Assembly (NCBI GenBank): GCA_038131935.1
Contig: JAYPQH010000007.1
Coordinates: 1-20,509 of the forward strand
DNA: 20,509 nucleotides
DNA from: Alphaproteobacteria bacterium
GTDB taxonomy: Bacteria > Pseudomonadota > Alphaproteobacteria > UBA8317
Direction of reading: 5' to 3'
The position numbers were made by a program, and so were the translations under genes. Numbering within the stretch: position 1 is the first letter of the stretch; each line of letters begins with the position of its first letter. Of this stretch, positions 18,825 through 20,509 are shown piece after piece. The notes below the pieces were generated by a model, which had not been told where the DNA came from, did not search any database, and saw nothing but the letters and a program-made list of their open reading frames with translations.

Positions 18825-20085
18825 GCCAACAAACAATACTAAAAATAAATGGCGACCGTCTGGTCGACCGATTGAAATGCCTAGGTCAAGTTGGTTCTCT
18901 CGATGGTGGCGGTGTTAGTCGTTTGGCACTGACAACTGCGGATAGAGAAGGTCGGGACTTGGTTGTGAGTTGGATGGAACAGTTAGGCATGACTGTCAGC
19001 ATCGATCAAATAGGAAAACATTATTGCGACACGCCAAGGTGCAGATCAAAACGCTGCACCTGTCATGACTGGATCACATATCGATACCGTCAGAACTGGT
19101 GGCCTCTATGATGGCAACCTAGGAGTACTTGCAGGACTCGAGGTTGTGGAATGTTTAAACGAGCTTGATATTAAAACGCGTCACCCCATTGCTGTCGCTG
19201 TGTTTACCAATGAGGAGGGCGCACGCTTCTCTCCAGATATGATGGGTAGCCTCGTTTATGTTGGCGGAATGCCGCTGGCTGAGGCCCTAGATACTGTAGG
19301 AATAGATGGTAAAACTGTACGAGAGTGTCTGAATGAAATTGGCTATGCAGGAACAAGCAAGATCTCGACGCCAAGCGTACACGCATTTCTGGAACTGCAT
19401 ATAGAACAGGGCCCGGTTCTGGACGAAGAGCAGGTACAGATTGGCGTTGTCGAGGAGGTACAAGGATCTCTTTGACCGAGTATACCTTTGAAGGCGTGTC
19501 CAACCACGCGGGTACTACACCCTAACGATGCGGTTGCGAAAAAGATGCTGGGTTTGCTTATGTCCGTTGCCAACCATGTTAGAGAGCTGGCGATTAAAAT
19601 GGGTGGAAATCAGGTAGGGACAGTAGGTTTTATCGAAATTAAACCTAACCTGGTGAATGTTGTCCCTAACTTCGCACGCATTACAGTGGATCTTCGAAAT
19701 ACTGACGAAAAACTGCTGCAACTGGCAGAATCGAAGTCTAACCGATTTCATCGATTCTATCTGTTCAAAAGAAAAGCTAAAAGTAAGCAGTAAAAACCTC
19801 GCCCGTTTTGAGCCAGTCACTTTGAACCCCTCTGGTTGATCGGGTTGAGCAAACTGCGAAGTCTTTCGGATACTTCAATGCGAATTCCATCGGGGCTGGG
19901 CATGACGCACAAAATGCTCGCCGTGTATCTGCTCCTTCGGCTATGATTTTTGTTCCCTCCAAAAAGGGATCAGTCACAACATCAAAGAATTTACAGCACC
20001 AGAGGATTTGTGTCGGGGGGCAGATATTCTGGCTGAGTCTGATGCTGGATCTTGCTATTCAGGAGAGAGGAGCGATGTGCTATGA
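18821..20085 (+). CDS. M20-family Zn amidohydrolase (N-carbamoyl-L-amino-acid hydrolase / allantoate amidohydrolase / beta-ureidopropionase type; frameshifted, end approximate)
   Basis: GGVSRLALT, GSHIDTV..GGLYDGNLGV, NEEGARF, ELHIEQGPVL, SNHAGT, NVVP, GAGHDAQ and MIFVPS across several frames. Confidence 0.9.
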
Positions 20086-20509
20086 TCGAGAAGGTTTCCC
20101 GTCCTATTATGTCTGGGGTTGCCCAGCTAGGTCCTATCGCTCGAGAGGAGTCCAGAGCGAGTGTTATCGCACGAATGATAGCACTCCTCGACAAAGCGTA
20201 TAGTTGCGGATGTAAGCTCGTGGTATTTCCTGAGCTTGCACTGACAACCTTTTTCCCGCGCTGGTTCATAGACGATCAGCACGAGATTGATAGCTATTTT
20301 GAGACTGAGATGCCGAGCGCTGAAACCGACCGCTTTTTGATAAAGCGCGTGAATATGGTATCAGCTTTTATCTCGGTTACGCAGAGCTCATTGCTGAGGC
20401 GGGTCAGAAAACGGCATTTCAATACCGCAATTTTGGTCAACGCTCAGGGTGAGATCATCTCGAAAATATCGAAAGATTCACCTCCCCGCCATCGTGAACA
20501 TGAGAGCAA
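20082..20509 (+). CDS. N-carbamoyl-D-amino-acid amidohydrolase (D-carbamoylase, nitrilase superfamily); 3'-truncated, frameshifted, absent from the ORF track
   Basis: Manual translation gives MIEKVSRPIMSGVAQLGPIAREESRASVIARM...VVFPELALTTFFPRW...YFETEMP, then FYLGYAEL, FNTAILV and KYRKIHLP, closely resembling Agrobacterium DCase. Confidence 0.9.
   Translation, partial: MIEKVSRPIMSGVAQLGPIAREESRASVIARMIALLDKAYSCGCKLVVFPELALTTFFPRWFIDDQHEIDSYFETEMPSAETDRFLIKRVNMVSAFISVTQSSLLRRVRKRHFNTAILVNAQGEIISKISKDSPPRHREHES

Noticed and set aside
19943-20269. ORF-track ORFs 19943..20203 (+) and 19991..20269 (-) as independent genes
   Set aside because: They are explained by the frameshifted M20 C-terminus and the D-carbamoylase starting at 20082.

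Overview
This looks like an alphaproteobacterial chromosome window with three parts. (1) 1-7.7 kb is core/host DNA: 5'-truncated pheT, lepA, a small membrane protein plus msrA on the minus strand, and a Pho-box-preceded phosphonate-monoester-hydrolase-like sulfatase followed by a GpdQ/CpdA-type phosphodiesterase. (2) A tRNA-Ser gene (7752-7841) is followed by a minimal satellite-like backbone: a 12-bp tandem repeat resembling integrase arm sites, an orphan HTH-like ORF, alpA, a Toprim primase, a frameshifted AAA_25/RepA helicase, an iteron/palindrome ori-like element and a lambda-like cos-like motif. No integrase, terminase or capsid gene is visible in the window. (3) From about 11.1 kb is a nitrogen-scavenging region: allantoicase and ureidoglycolate lyase (the latter missed by the ORF track) bracketed by two decayed IS3 fragments, an RpiR regulator with palindromic operators, a TRAP transporter, diaminopropionate ammonia-lyase, an M20 N-carbamoyl/ureido hydrolase and a D-carbamoylase that runs off the end. 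Many genes beyond 10.4 kb carry single-base indels but keep their catalytic motifs, which more likely reflects long-read error than gene decay. All assignments come from motif recognition by eye; no database searches were run.
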